This document shows, piece by piece, positions 26,230-40,129 of a stretch of 64,000 bases of DNA. The notes beneath the pieces were generated by a model that was not told the origin of the DNA, made no database searches, and worked only from the letters and a program-made list of their open reading frames with translations. How positions within the stretch are numbered: position 1 is the first letter of the stretch; each line of letters begins with the position of its first letter. The DNA comes from Sphyrna mokarran (Eukaryota), in assembly GCA_024679065.1 (NCBI GenBank), contig JAGIQG010000035.1, positions 7,998,001-8,062,000 on the forward strand, written 5' to 3'. The translations under genes were made by a program, and so were the position numbers.

Positions 26230-29200
26230 AGCCTATGCTTTCAAACCTTTGATCTTGGAAATTATAGGAATAATTTATGCTCCCAAGACAACAACTGCGG
26301 ACATCTCATCTACGCCAGGTTTACCCATTGTTCAGCATTTTCCACTTCCAACTCGGACCGCAATGAATAAACAAATGCCACCTTTTAAATTTCAATCACC
26401 AAGTCTGTTCAGCAATCTCACATCAGGTGATTCCATTGTCTTATTTTTAAAACTTCAACCCCAATCTGAAAGTCTTATTCTTAAAACACATGGACCACAA
26501 AGTGCCCTTATAGTACGCTGTTGAAGGCATTTAGTTTACTAGCAAGTCAGACCAATCCTAAACCCAACTCATGAACAATCTTGTAATTTAGTGTGCACAT
26601 TAAGGAATGCACTGTACAAATCTTCTGCAAAGATCAATCTTATCATTCAACTATAACTACAATATCAAACCACTGTTAATATACACATTAGCTGCTTACT
26701 GCAAGAATCTCTAATTTTGGCAAGAAGTTGTCAGAATGGAAATATGCACCAGCATTTCTATTACAGCACACTTTATTATCTTAACAGTAAACAGTAAGTC
26801 TATCGAGATACTTAGTCAAATAACAGATAGGATATGCAATTATAATGGGAATCTCAGTATTCAGTATGGAGTATGGCTCTATTGGATGGGAGAATGAATC
26901 CTCAATAAGAGGATTATGCCTTTTGAAATGTGGCTCCTATACATTATGAACACTACCCTGAAAAGGTACACTCCAAGCAATGTATTTTTTTTAAAATGAG
27001 ATCTGTCCAGTAGTTCAAAAACATTTTATCCCAGTTATATATAATACTGGTAAAACAATTAGGATAAAACACCTAAGGTCACTTTCAGGTTTGTTTGGAA
27101 TAACATTTTCCACTATACAAGACAGTATGATACGGATAGTTCTCTTTGACAACATCCTTGATGAAACATAACATAGAAAAGCCTAGAAGTACAGCAGAGA
27201 TAGGAACCAAGATGATTGAAATTCTGTGCTCTCAAGTCTTGTCTTGGAATACGTACAGTTTAGCATTAACTCCTGTGTCAGAGTTAAGTGGGATTGTTAT
27301 AATGGCATTTTTAGGTCACAATTCCTGAAACAATTACAGTAGTATTTTCTGCTGCCAAATAAGTTTATGATTCATCAACTCTGGGACTAAGAAACAAAAA
27401 GAGGTTACATAGTTTGGGTCATGATTACACACAAAAGAACTATTACAATGATTATAAGGTCCATTCAAAACTCAGCTATTGGGTCCAACTGCTTATATGA
27501 AATGGATCCACAACTAATCTGGATAAAGAAATTTCAACAGGAAGCCTTAGGTAAACAATGGATTGTATCTAATGAGCAAGAAAAGTAGTACAGAATAAAG
27601 CTAAAACATCAATTACAGAATGACTGGGAAAGCATGCAAGAATGTAAAATATATCAGATGCATTCTCATCTGCTGCTGGATGCCTCATTTTAATGTCATA
27701 TTGATAGATCTGCCACCTGTTGTCAAACTTCTGAACACTATAATGAAATAGATTCTTACGGCTGCCACAACAGGAACCAGAGTGACATAGTCACCAGGAC
27801 TGCATTAGAGACTGTGAGCTGACAAAGGGGAAATAAAAAAAATTGCACCTTCAGAACCAAAAACTTCTGATTTACCAAGCTGAAGTCTGTCTGTCTTCCA
27901 ATCATCCCATTTATTTGGAAAATTCTTTTGTCCACTCTGCAATGAAATGTTAGTTATTTCCACTTCATATATAAACTAAAGAATGACATTAAAATTTTGC
28001 AATACACCATATTGATTTTTTTTTATACATTCTGTAAATGGTACAGGAGCTCAACAATGGTTAACTGTCAAAATAATTCAGATTTGAGCACATTGTGACC
28101 AAAACCAGATTTGATAAAATGCTATTTCTGAAGATTCATTCTACAAATTCAGCTTTTTCAACGCAACCAATGATGGGTACGGATCTGCTGATTTGGTTTC
28201 TACTTCTGAGGAAAGTCTGACTAACCTTGACGCATCAGATAAATACACAGCTAAACATCAGAAATTGGAGAATTCTAACTGGGTTCTACACATTCGTTAT
28301 ACTCATTGTTGGTAAACACGCATAAACAAGACTCAACTTCACTGCACTTTTAAGATGAAGAAACATGCAGGCACCAACTTCCTAAGTTCGCACAAGAATT
28401 ACCACCTGGACTAGGTACTGGAATACTACTTTGGAGGAAAAGAAAAGATGCCCAATTAGAAATGATTATAGAACAAAGCACGTGGCCAGATATAAGGTTC
28501 AAAGTCCTGCAGGACAAGGTGGTGGGTTGAAATGAAAAGGGTGAGGAGCAGATGGAATGGGGAGAGATACAGGAATTAAAAGGGAAACTTGTACAGTGCT
28601 GTGGATGTGTGGGCAGTTCAGTGACAGGACAAATGCAGAGGTCATGAGGAAAGTGTAGAGCTGGGGAGCAGATAAGCAAGCAATTGGTTACTGCTTGCAC
28701 TGCTCCCGCACCGTTTACTATTTTCTGAAACATCACTCTAATAAAGCTGTGTCAGTCTCAATTAATTGCTCTACCTTTGAAGATGGGGTCAAGTCCACTG
28801 ACTCAAGAAATGTATGTTATCAACTGAGGACAATTTGACAACGTAACAGGAAGTCCTGACTTACCCAAGAAGTAATGACGCATAAATTTTTTCCATGGTG
28901 ATTCAATTACTTAAAATTCACCACTATGACAAAAAAGTCCAGTAACTCGTGCATCAAAGTCAGAACAGACACACTAAGTAAAAATCTACATAAATTTACA
29001 GTTTTGAACTAATTCATTCCCACACACTGGGGGTCACTGGCATGGATCCAGAATACATCAAAGGTTGTTTTCAGGAACTGTGTTGGGCTAGGACTATAGG
29101 CACACGTAGGTCAGACTAGTTCAGTAGGCAAGTTTCCTTTCATAAAAGATTTACGACAATTTGATAGCACAATGATTACATTTTCTATTCCCACACCACC

Positions 29201-29613
29201 TTCATAAAAAACTGCCATTCAGATTACCATAGTAGGAGTAAACTAATTTTCACTGGATTATTTAGCCTAGGCTTATTATAGTCCAGTATTCTAACTCTTA
29301 CATTATGATTCAACATTCATGAAGTTACCTTTGTCTGCTTTAGAATTCTAAAATTGATCCATGCAAAAGCTAGTTTAAAATACAAGAGGCATTTACAAAA
29401 ATGTTAATTTTAAACAAAAGCTCCAGAAGTTCAATCGGCACATCATTCATTTAAAGAGCTAACATCTTAAAGTTACAACCAAGCAAGCTTCTGCTCAGTT
29501 ATAAACTAAACAAAGCAATAATCTAATGGACTTATTCAACGAAGTGGAAATGTATTATACAACCATAATTCAAGTGTATGAATCACACTACTGACTTACT
29601 CAAGTGAATGCAG

Positions 29614-29631
29614 CACACACACACACACACA
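29614..29631. repeat. (CA)n microsatellite
   Basis: cacacacacacacacaca. Confidence 0.8.
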
Positions 29632-30493
29632 GACTAAACAACAAATAGGCAGCTAATCAACAAGAGGCAAGAGAATAAGTAGCTGTAACACATCTACATT
29701 ATATGAACAGATCAATAAACTGTCATTCAGACAGGAATGGGCAAATGTGAATACAAAATATGTTCATTCAGGCCAGTCAGATTGAGAATCAGTGGCTAAT
29801 CACTAAGGGAAACTCCCAATTTTATGCTGACAAAGTGGGGGAGGGGGAATATGATGCAGCACAAAGGTAAAAGCAAATCCAACATAATGGTTTCACCCTT
29901 TGTTGTTCTAACCCACTGAAAAGCAGTCTTATTCTCTGAAAATCAGACATGGGTTAAAAGGGTAAGCTTTTTGGTGTTACACACATTTAAATATTTTTCA
30001 CTTCAAATGGTTTCACTTAAAAACAACATATGTGGAAATCAGAGTACACGACAGAATGAACACAGTGATGGGCGAGTTTGTTGACATTTCACCATAAATG
30101 AGAACTCTGATTTTGTGATGGGTTGCCCGCTTTGTATAACCCATTACAAACAAGACGTCAGGCTACATGGAGTAGCTGAATAATTTCAGCCATCTCATCT
30201 GCAGGCCATGGTGGAAAACTCAAAATAAATGGGAAATTAAAAAGAACAAATCCATTAAATACAAATCCACAACAAAGTGTCAGAGCATACACAAAAACTT
30301 TGTCCAGTTATAATAGCTCCTGATACCCAAATAACTATTAAAAATAAGAGGAAAACTGCGTGTTTGAGTACACTGGACAAATCATTGCACTGGCTCATGT
30401 GAAGCATAGCCACTTGGGCAGAGGATAGAATCAAAGACTAGCAAGGATTAAGGTAGGTGGTGGTGCAGGGAACAAAATTAGGTCAAAATATTG

Positions 30494-32166
30494 ACAAAGA
30501 ACAAAACAGCATGGGAAACAGGCCCTTCGGCCCAACGAGCCTGCGCCATCACCCCGATGTTCCCACCTCTACCCGTGATCCCTGCCTACGCTTATAGATC
30601 TATGGATTAAAAACCAAATTTGAGACAATTTAGGGAGAATTTGTTTTGCCAATTAACCTAAGAGCACATTTTTGGAATGAGGGGGGAAACCAGAGCACTT
30701 GGAGAAAACCGACACAAGCACGGGGAGAATGCGCAAACTCCCACAGACACAGACCCAAATCCATGTATCTGCACAGCACAGCGATAGTCACTGAGCTGTT
30801 GTGTTGCCCATCAAATGGTCCAAGTCAAGCGTACACTAACGACGTGAAGCACTAGGATACTCTCAAAAAAAAATCCAAGAGCAGCCCTCTCACGACCCAT
30901 CTCATGTATGCCCCTTGTTAGACAACAAGGTACACCAAAGCACCTGTAGGATAAAAACAAGTACATCAATATCATCATCTATTTACACACATTCCAGGGA
31001 CTCCCAAGGCTCATGATCCCTATTTTAAATCAGTTTTCTATACCTCTCCATTCCCATTCTGTTCATGTAACCATCTAAGTATTTCTTAAATAACTCCAGA
31101 GTGCCTCCTCCACCACTTTACTTGGCAGCACATTCCATACCCCCACCACCCTACGTGAAAAAACTCCTCTAGCATCCAAATTATACCTTACCCGTCTCAT
31201 CCTAAGCCCATGACCTCTCGTGCTATTCGAGTCCATCCGAAAAAAAAGCTTTACCCTGTTTACTCTATCTATACCTCTCCTAATCTTGTACACGTCTATT
31301 AGATCTCCTCTTAAGTTTACGTCTTTCTAAGGAAAACAGCCCCAATTTGCCTAATCTCTCCTCGTAACTCAGACCTTCCATACCAGGCAGCATCCTGGTA
31401 AACCTCCTCTGCACTCTCTCCAGAGTCTCCACGTCCTTCCGGTAGTAAGGCGACCAGAATTGGACGCAGTATTCCAAATGAGGTCTAACCAACGTTTTAT
31501 ACAACTGCAACATTAAAGGCCAGCTCTTGTACTCTACACCCCGTCCTATAAATGCTAGCATACCATATGCTTTCTTCACAACCTTCTCCACCTGCTCTGC
31601 CACCTTCAGAAACTTGTGCACCTGCACCCCCACGTCCCTCTGCGTTTCTATACTCTTAATAGGTCTACCCTTTATCATATACCTCCCCCTACATTCTTTC
31701 TCCTGAAATGCATCACCTCACATTTATCAGGATTGAATTCCATCTGCCAACTATCTGCCCAAGCTACCAGCCTACATCCTGCTGCATCGCCTGACAATGC
31801 TCCTCACTATCCGCAAGTCCAGCCATCTTTGTATCGTCTGCAAACTTGATCACTCCACTTACTCCCTTTTCTAAGTCATTTATATATATTACAAACAGAA
31901 GAGGTCCCAGTACCGAGCCCTGCGGCACACCACTAGTGACCAAACTCCAGCTAGAAAAACACCCTTCCACTATTACTCTCTGTCTCCTATTACCAAGCCA
32001 GTTACTTATCCATCTAGCTACCTGTCCTTGTATCCCACGAGCCTGGACCTTTTCAACCAACCTCCCATGAGGGACTTTGTCAAATGCCTTACTGAAATCC
32101 ATATAGACGACATCAATGGCTCGCCCTTCGTCGAGCATTTTCGTCACCTCCTCAAAAAATTCCACC
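30494..32166 (-). mobile_element. Young CR1 LINE, 5' truncated (RT C-half plus long 3' UTR)
   Basis: ORFs 31764-32264, 31280-31678 and 31075-31293 give DVVYMDFSKAFDKVPHGRL, SGVPQGSVLGPLLFVIYINDL, KFADDTK and LYKTLVRPHLEYCVQFWSP; tail GGGCCGAAGGGCCTGTTTCCC..GCTGTTTTGTTCTTTGT. Confidence 0.95.
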
Positions 32167-33874
32167 AGAAAACAAATACAATCTTTTACTCCCTCTTTGT
32201 CTATAAACATGGTGTAGTTGTCACTGTTTGATCTAACAGAAAGGTAGCAACGCTTCTTTATCAATCAATAATCTGCCTTAAATCAATAAGGCAGACATAG
32301 GCAAGGCATAAAGAAAATGAAGATACATTCTGCGAACACAAGTCCCATCCCACGGGAGAAATGTTCTGTTTTTAAATGATTCCTCTTATAGACTTGTTGC
32401 ATCTGGAAACTAAAAAGAGACTACTCCTTACGTAACTGTTCAGCATATTAAATTCATTACTATTTCATTTTCGTGGCCAATTATTATAGTGGATAGTGAC
32501 ATGCATTTGTGCAAACAATACCATAATCATCACTGTCACAGTTACACATTTTAAGATTGCAAACAACAAATCTTTTCCACCCAAGGTGAAGGGGACTTTT
32601 TTTTCCAACATTGAGCACTGCATTTTCTGGCACAGATCCCACTGTGTGTGTCAGTAGGGCAATTGCTGAACAGGATATTTGTTCCTAGATCTCCACTCCC
32701 GATATACCCAATTCAACAGCTGCTACTCCGGGCGAAAGCTGTTCATAACAGCCATTTCAACTAATTAGCTGGCAGAGATCCAGCGCTAGAGTGGATTCTG
32801 ATTCTGGGCAATAGTCTTCAATAAAGAAAACAAAGTAATTTTGGAGAATTATGAAAGGCTAAAATCTCTTGTCTTGAAAGGCTGCTTAGCCAAAATTTTG
32901 CATATATTAATTTCTATGCTGGCAGACGCATGTTGGTGCGGTTACAGGGGGCACAAGCTGCTTTTAACAATGGATTTGAAAGCCATAAAAAGAAAACTCA
33001 GGGGAAAACAACGTGCTGCAACAAGTCAAATCTAGACCCATGTTAGTTAAAATAGACAGAGCACCAACTTCTAATCAAATTTATAATCTTACTATGCAAA
33101 AGAGCCAAGTTCTCTGCCTCATTATATTGCTCGCAAGTGCAAAGTTAAGTGAGGCAAGACAACATGCCGCCCCCTTTCTCCCAACTAAACATGGAGAAAT
33201 TATCACGTTCTCAACCCTGCACTCCTTAGTCATCATCATCAGAGTCATCTGCTGATGCTACAGTTACTGAATGGGCCAGTGAGATCAGGAGATAAAGAGG
33301 GGCACAGTTGCCCCACAAATATGTAAAACTGGTCTTGGGCCCTTGTTCTACTTCCTGTGGAAATGAATGTATTCAGGCAACATGGTTATTTTTTCAGGTG
33401 TTCCTGACACACAATATAGATTGCTCCTGGACTCTAAATTTTGTACAGAATTTTAGTATTAGAACCTGCCATTCAGCCTTCCTTATATTCTGAATTTAGG
33501 CTGATTACAGTTTGATGTGCTTGCCTCTTTCAGAACTAAGCAGAAAGTAGCCATAACAAACTTTCATACACTGCCAGCAAAGCATTTCTCTTCTTTTCAG
33601 TGCACCTTATCAGGAAGAACCTTGGGGATTGCATAATGTACTGTTGCAGTCACAAACTGTCTAAATTACTACACAACAAAAATATTAACATAGTCTTTTG
33701 ATGTTGTTTGAGGGAAAGGACAAGAATTATTTTCAAACAGTGCCCCAGATGAACAGATTCCATACCAAGTACATGGTTCATGTTGCACCAGAATGTACAG
33801 CATTTTTGTGTAGCCTAAAAGTAAGGCTTAATTACTGACATTATACAAAATTCTCGAAAGAATCAAATGGAATA

Positions 33875-34200
33875 ATAGAAACCCTACAGTACAGAAAGAG
33901 GCCATTTGGCCCATCATGTTTGCACTGACCACAATCCCATTCAGGCCCTATCCCCATATCCCGACATATTTTACCCACGAATCCCTCTAACTACACATCT
34001 CAGGCCACTAAAGAGCAATTTTAGCACAGCCAATCAATCTAATTTACACATCTTTGGACTGTAGGGGGAAACCGGAGCACCCAAAGGAAATCCAGAGTCA
34101 TGAGGAGAATGTGCAAACTCCAGGCAGTGACCCAAGCCGGTAATCGAACCCAGATCCCTCAAGCTGTGAAACAGCAGTGCTAACCACTGTGCTACCACAC
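33875..34200 (-). mobile_element. HE1-like V-SINE, full length with CR1-type tail
   Basis: Tail atagaaaccctacagtacagaaagaggccatttggccc, V-domain, and head aatcgaacccag...agtgctaaccactgtgc. Confidence 0.9.
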
Positions 34201-34460
34201 CATCCTCCTCATGTTTCAAAAAGCCAATTTTCAACTAATAGACAGAATCTCCCCATATTGATCACAGAATACAAGAGGAAAAAAACAAAAATATAGGTTT
34301 GAATTATGAAATTGATTGACTACAAGTTTCACAACACAAACACGTAATTTAGCCCAAAGGTTTGCAACAGGGTTGATGTTTCCACCTTTCCTCAACTTAC
34401 CCTGCCAACATATCTTTCTATACTTCTTGGAGAATTCCAAAATTTCACTGCCTCCGAACG

Positions 34461-34605
34461 AATCATAAAATCCTATAGTTCAGAAGGTAGTCATTTGGCC
34501 CATCAAGTCTGCATCAACACCAACAGAGTATTCAATGCAGACCCTATCCTCATGACCCCACTTATTTACACCAGTAACCTCAACATCTTTGGACAGTAAG
34601 GGGAA
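34461..34605 (-). mobile_element. HE1-like SINE 3' fragment
   Basis: atcataaaatcctatagttcagaagg..catttggcccatcaagtctgca...catctttggacagt. Confidence 0.65.
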
Positions 34606-35259
34606 AACAAACTACAGTAACAGTCAGAAAATGTTCCAAATGCCACTGTAACAGCCTGCCACAATAAAAATCAAAATTACACAACAAAATCAGCTTTCAA
34701 GTTATTGGTAAAGTAGTCATCACTTATTTTCCTTTATAACCCCTATTAAATAGGGCAAGGCACAAGTTGCATATTAAACCATTAATGTACATGAAAAAAT
34801 GAAATCATTTAGTAAAGGTTCAAGCAGAGCTTCACGCTTTAAAATTTTACTTACCCTAAATAGTTCTAAATTGATGTACGTCAGAACAGATGTTTTGCTT
34901 CAGGTAACCAGATGAAATATTAAGATCCAGAGTTAAGTGAGGGTAAATTTCAAGTACTAACCCAGTGAACTTTCATCCTCGACATGCCTCCCGCAACAGT
35001 TTTTTTTTCCCCCATTACAGAATGAAACTTAAAAATATTACAGTTTTAGACAGCAAAATAATTGGGATTTCTTAGTATTTGGTGATTTTCCAGAAATCTC
35101 TCTAAATCTGGCACAGAAGCAATTAGGAACGCTTCCACCAAAATATGACAATACAAGGATTGCTAATCATATCTGTATAATTTCCGCATCTGAACACGAA
35201 GTCCTGCATACTTACTCGATACTTCTCTCCATCAGCAGTGTTAACATACTGGAAGAACT

Positions 35260-36369
35260 CCCAGCCCTGTCTGCACACGCAAATCAGCCCATTTCAGAAC
35301 TTCCCAACTGAAGTCCATTAAATAAATTACATTACATATGTTCTCCAGTACTGACTGATTGACACTTCCAGTGCACCACGGCAAAAAACAGGATCAATCT
35401 CCTGAGGAGGAGCGAGGAGACAGTACCCTTTGTCATCCAATAGTTCCTCGGAGCAGAGAAGCTGCAACATCTTCTCCACAGCCTTCAACATGTTTGTCTT
35501 CATTGATGACATCTCACCAAGGTCATCCCCACACTCCCATTACTTGCCTTGAACAATCATGCAACCTCAAACAGATCACAGTCCTCACCAAACTATGCAG
35601 CCTTCAGGAGAACAGTGACCACAAAAATCACACTTTCCTGCCTCAGAACCTCTGCAAAATGTAGTGAACCATCGACATGGATGTCATCTCACAAGAATAC
35701 CATCCACCAGGCTAATGGTATATACTCTTGCAATTTGATGAAATGTTGTCTACCTGATACATCCCAAGGCATGGTACATTGGCCAGACTAAGCAGATGCT
35801 ATGACAACGAATGAATGGATACCGTTCAACAATCACCAGGCAGCAGTGTCCCTTTCCTGTTGGGGAACACTTCAGCAATCATGTGCGTTCAACCTCTGAT
35901 CTTTGGGTAAATATTCTCCAAGACGGCTTGCACAACACAATATAGAATTGCAGAGCAAAACCAATTGCCAAGTTCCGCACATTGAGGACAGCCTCAAAAC
36001 TAGGAACTTGGGTTTACGTCACACTACCTGTAACCCCCACAACATGCCTAGGCTTGCAAAATCTCACTAACTGTCCTAGCTTGAGACAATTTACACCTCT
36101 TTAACCTGTACTTAACCCACTCTCCATTTGCATGCACCTGTAAAGACCTGATTACCTGTTAAGACTTGCATTCCAACCATTACCTTGTAAACTGAGTCTG
36201 TGCCTATATGTCCCCCCCATTGGGTTTGTGAACCCAATTCTTCACTCACCTGATGGAGCAGTGCTCCAAAAGCTTGTGCCACCAAATAAACCTACTGGGC
36301 TTTAACCTGGCGTTGTGAGACTTCTTACTAAACCTATCCCAATCCAACATTGGTATCTACACATCATGA
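35260..36369 (+). mobile_element. Penelope-like element: RT thumb and GIY-YIG relic plus pLTR with degenerate hammerhead ribozyme
   Basis: Nucleotide similarity to the GIY-YIG ORF at 48041 (gttgtctacctgatac, ggtacattggccagac, ggggaacacttcagc); 3' end cacctgatggagcagtgctccaaaagcttgtg...aatccaacattggtatctacacatcatg. The left boundary is approximate. Confidence 0.85.
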
Positions 36370-37094
36370 TTGAATCCTGAGACTGGAACCAAAAAATGAT
36401 CCTGGCTACACCCTCAAAGCTCAAAATTTAAGAAAAAAATGGAATGTTTCACAGACAGTGCTCAAACACTCCTCCTTCTCCCATCACAGACTGAAAAAAA
36501 TGCAAATGATTCAGCAGAATTTAATCCAACCGTTAGAATTGTGATGAGGTAGTGAAACCAAAGGCTTGAAGACAAAGCTTTAGTCATGAGTCACAGATAA
36601 TTACATGAATTTGTACGGAGGATGCAGTAGATAGGAATTGCAAGAATCACTGAATGAATGGCCTGAGGAAAGAGCAGAACAGGTTGCAGAGGCTGCTGTA
36701 ATGAATGAGTGGCTTATGTTCTGCCACTGTGTATAAGAATATCACTAGCAAATTCTGTGAACCTGAGGAGGAGGAGGAGGAGAAGAACAGAAAAACAGAA
36801 GCAAGAGAAAAGCAAAGATAGAGAAAATTCAAGTCACAAAGTAACAAAGCAGAAACCAGAAGCAGGGAATGTTTTACATGGGATTATTGCAGTTGAGCTC
36901 TTTTCAATTTCTATGTCTGGATATTTGGTTGTATTTCTCTCAACCTCCCTCTAACTGGAAATGTTAGAAGCCTCAGGCTTTTTTTCTGGGCCTGGAGATA
37001 AAGGCCAATTCATGACATTGCAAAGAGGCTGCCCTAAAATTGGGCAAAGACCAAATAAGGATCAGCATTTTTCAGTCCTCTGGTCCAAATACTA

Positions 37095-37325
37095 CATGAT
37101 GTAGAGATGCCAGCGTTGGACTGGGGTAAACTCACTAAAGTTTGACAACACCAATTTTAAATCCATCAATTTATTTCATAGCAAATCTGCATGCTTTCGG
37201 CCTTTGTGGCCTTCACCAGGCAAATGAGGTCACCTCATTCGCCTGATGAAGGCCACAAAGGCCGAAAGCTCACAGATTTACTATCAAATAAATCGGTTGG
37301 ATTTAAAATTGGTGTTGCCAAACTT
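37095..37325. mobile_element. Fold-back Penelope pLTR fragment with 11-bp target-site duplication
   Basis: Inverted arms of about 92 bp (37138-37230 and 37233-37325); TSD caaatactaca at 37086-37096 and 37326-37336. Confidence 0.9.
37237..37277 (+). ncRNA. Minimal type-I hammerhead ribozyme motif (degenerate helix I)
   Basis: attcgc-CTGATGA-a-GGCC-acaaa-GGCC-GAAA-gc-TC-acagat: intact core boxes and stem II, palindromic AGCT stem III. Confidence 0.7.
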
Positions 37326-37951
37326 CAAATACTACAAACATTCTAAATGAAAAAAGAATGCCAACTAGGCCTTGGTCCAAATCAAAAAGCATCCTTGTCA
37401 CATATATTCCAAGGCCCCACCCCACCCCATCATGTGGAACAACATAGAAGTGGGAGATCCATTAAGTGGAGCAGGCCATGACATCACTACAGATATAGTA
37501 TGCGCTAATTCTGGGACTGGACATACTCACCAGTCACTGACGTGTATTTTCTAAAAGCAAGAGAACCAGCCTACCAAAAAGAGGGTTAGAACACTTATTG
37601 GGCACACACAGGCTTTATGGAACATGGACATTTAGCCTTTGCTACACTTTATTTTTAGTATGTAATTCTATTGCAAGTTTCTCAACTTTTCCTGTCTTGA
37701 AACCTTAAAGAAAATTACATCTTTTAACAGTTTACCAGATGTGCTCATCAATTTGATAGAGACACCATCGACTTAAAGGCCTCAAGTAAGCACGTCACCT
37801 TGTGACAAAACGCTAACCATCAATGGCTACCAGCAAAGCAGAAAATATCCACTTATAAATTTACTGTGAAATTGCAAAAATAAACATAATATCCCATATA
37901 GTCACAACAGTTAACAGATTTTACTTGAAGCTGCAGCATGATCCAATTAGC

Positions 37952-37981
37952 TTGTTTGAATTGTTTGAACTGTTTGAACTG
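37952..37981. repeat. 9-bp tandem repeat (tgtttgaay x3)
   Basis: ttgtttgaattgtttgaactgtttgaactg. Confidence 0.8.
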
Positions 37982-40129
37982 ACAGGCTGTGAAATGGATT
38001 TTTACATAAGCCATGACAATTTGTTCAGACAGCTCAAAACAAACCTGGCTTTGTTTCAAGTGGATTCACTGCTGCACTGTCCCAGTCATACTATAAAGGA
38101 AATTAATCAATACCATAAACATGCAACAATGGGCCTGCCAAAATTATTTGAACTTAACTCCAACTCACTGGAACTGCCACAACATTAGCTTATTTCCATC
38201 AAGTTCACACATGAAGCTTGAAGCATTTCACAAGGCAAACTGTTCGATTGACTAGTGTTCTGAAAATGTAGTTATTGCTAGCAAATGAATTAAGCGATCA
38301 AGTATATACAATTATACATAAATCATTATGGGAAATGCATTATTTATTGTTTAATTAATTGCATTCAATAGATTCAGCGCAAGTTATTTGTCTTTATTTA
38401 CCAGCTTTAAAATCAATTTGAAGTTACAGTAAAACAAACTGACTGAACTAAACAAAATGGCTGGCAAACACTTTCTTGTATATTCACATGTAGGAAGTAT
38501 TCCATTTCTAATTATAGCAATGAGACAAGGAAGACTGTCACTTAGAAGTACAAGTCAGCTGCAAAGTGAAATAGCAATCCATTAAAGTGGCTTGGTGAAC
38601 AAAATGGAATGTCTATTGAAAAAGTACACAATACTCATTAACAGGCATTAAAGCTGCATTATATTTTGCTTTGCAATTGGCAGCCATTGTGAAGATACAC
38701 CATTCCTCGATGTTTAACTACAACCCAATTCAAACAATTTTGTCAATCATGTTTCCATGCAGAAAGATACTTTACCACGGAGGGCAAAGATCAATAGATC
38801 AACACAGTGAGGATAAGGGGAATATTGAAGCATAACTCAAGAAAACACTTTTGTGCGCAGAGGCAAAATGCAAGGTGAAAGAAAACAAGGCTGTTCAGGT
38901 GTGACTGGAATTGGCAGAGAGAAATGAGATGGAGAGACTGGTACCTGGAATATGTACGAGTAGTGATTACAATTGTAACTGAGAAGCTGACATGGTGAAA
39001 CAGAATAGAGATCTCAAAATTAACTGACAATGGACCTCTGTTTGAACTTCACAAGGACTTGTCACGGTTGATCTACAAGACTTGAGATGGGGACAATGAA
39101 GCATGCATGCCCTGCTTTCAAAAGTTGCAGTTTGTGAGAAATTGCTGATCAAGTTAAACAGAGGAAATAAAGATGTAGGTTCAGCAGTTATGGTAGGTGC
39201 AAGTGATAGCAATGTTTTCAAAGGATGTCTCAGAATAATAGGCATTCTTGCAACTTGGTTTGAGGTAGGGTGGAAGACTGTAGACATTAAATTACAGAAG
39301 AGTTGCTAGTGCAGAATCAAAGGGAGAGGGAAAGGGACAAGAAAAGAAACACGAGATGTGTGAAAAGCAAGATATGAATAGCTGCCATCTGAAAGCAAAA
39401 ACAAAGAAAAACAAGACTAAGATCAAAACATGCATTAAGGAAACAAAAATAGGCCCGCACCACCATCTCTTATCATTGCAGGTACTTTCAGAAGTGCAAC
39501 AGAATTTATAAAAGGAAGAAGATTTTTAGAAGGTTTTTAGACAATGTCCCTGATAGATCTGACGTAGAGTCCAGTAGGCTGTAGTGTCTAATCAAAAGAC
39601 AAATTGTTTGAGCTTGTGCTGAGCTTCATTAGAACACTAAAGTAAACCGAGGAGAGGTCAGCATGAGAGCAGGGCAAAAAATTAAAATAGCAAGCAAGGA
39701 GTCATTTGGTAGTACAAAACTTGTGTACTGCTGAAAAAAGGAGATGTGCATGCTCTTTTTTTTCCAACAATACTCAAATTTTTGCAAGCAGTATAGAAGG
39801 CCATTTAGCCAGCCATGCAGATCTGGCTTTCAGAAAGCAGTCATGCTGTGTGTTCTATTCTAGAGCACCAACTGGTAAAAGATATTTATAAATTCACATT
39901 ACAAGCATTCACCTTCTAAAACCACCCCATACTCTCTCCTGCCAGTTTTAAGTGTCTCTTTATATGTGCTCAAGTGCACCATCAACTGTTGTTCTCCACC
40001 TGCATGAAACAATCACCATGCAATTTATCTTTCATCTGTTTGCATACAATCTGTAGGTTTCCAAAATATCTGCTCAACTCGCCTTAAAATCAATTGCTTG
40101 GTAGCATAGAACTTGAATGTCGATGGAGA

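Noticed and set aside
30646-30855. Similar 69-aa plus-strand ORFs at 30646 and 50572
   Set aside because: Antisense frames within the shared CR1 3' UTR; their similarity reflects repeat copies, not a gene family.
33875-34200. tRNA-like A/B boxes here and in other SINE heads
   Set aside because: SINE promoters; no cloverleaf, so not tRNA genes.
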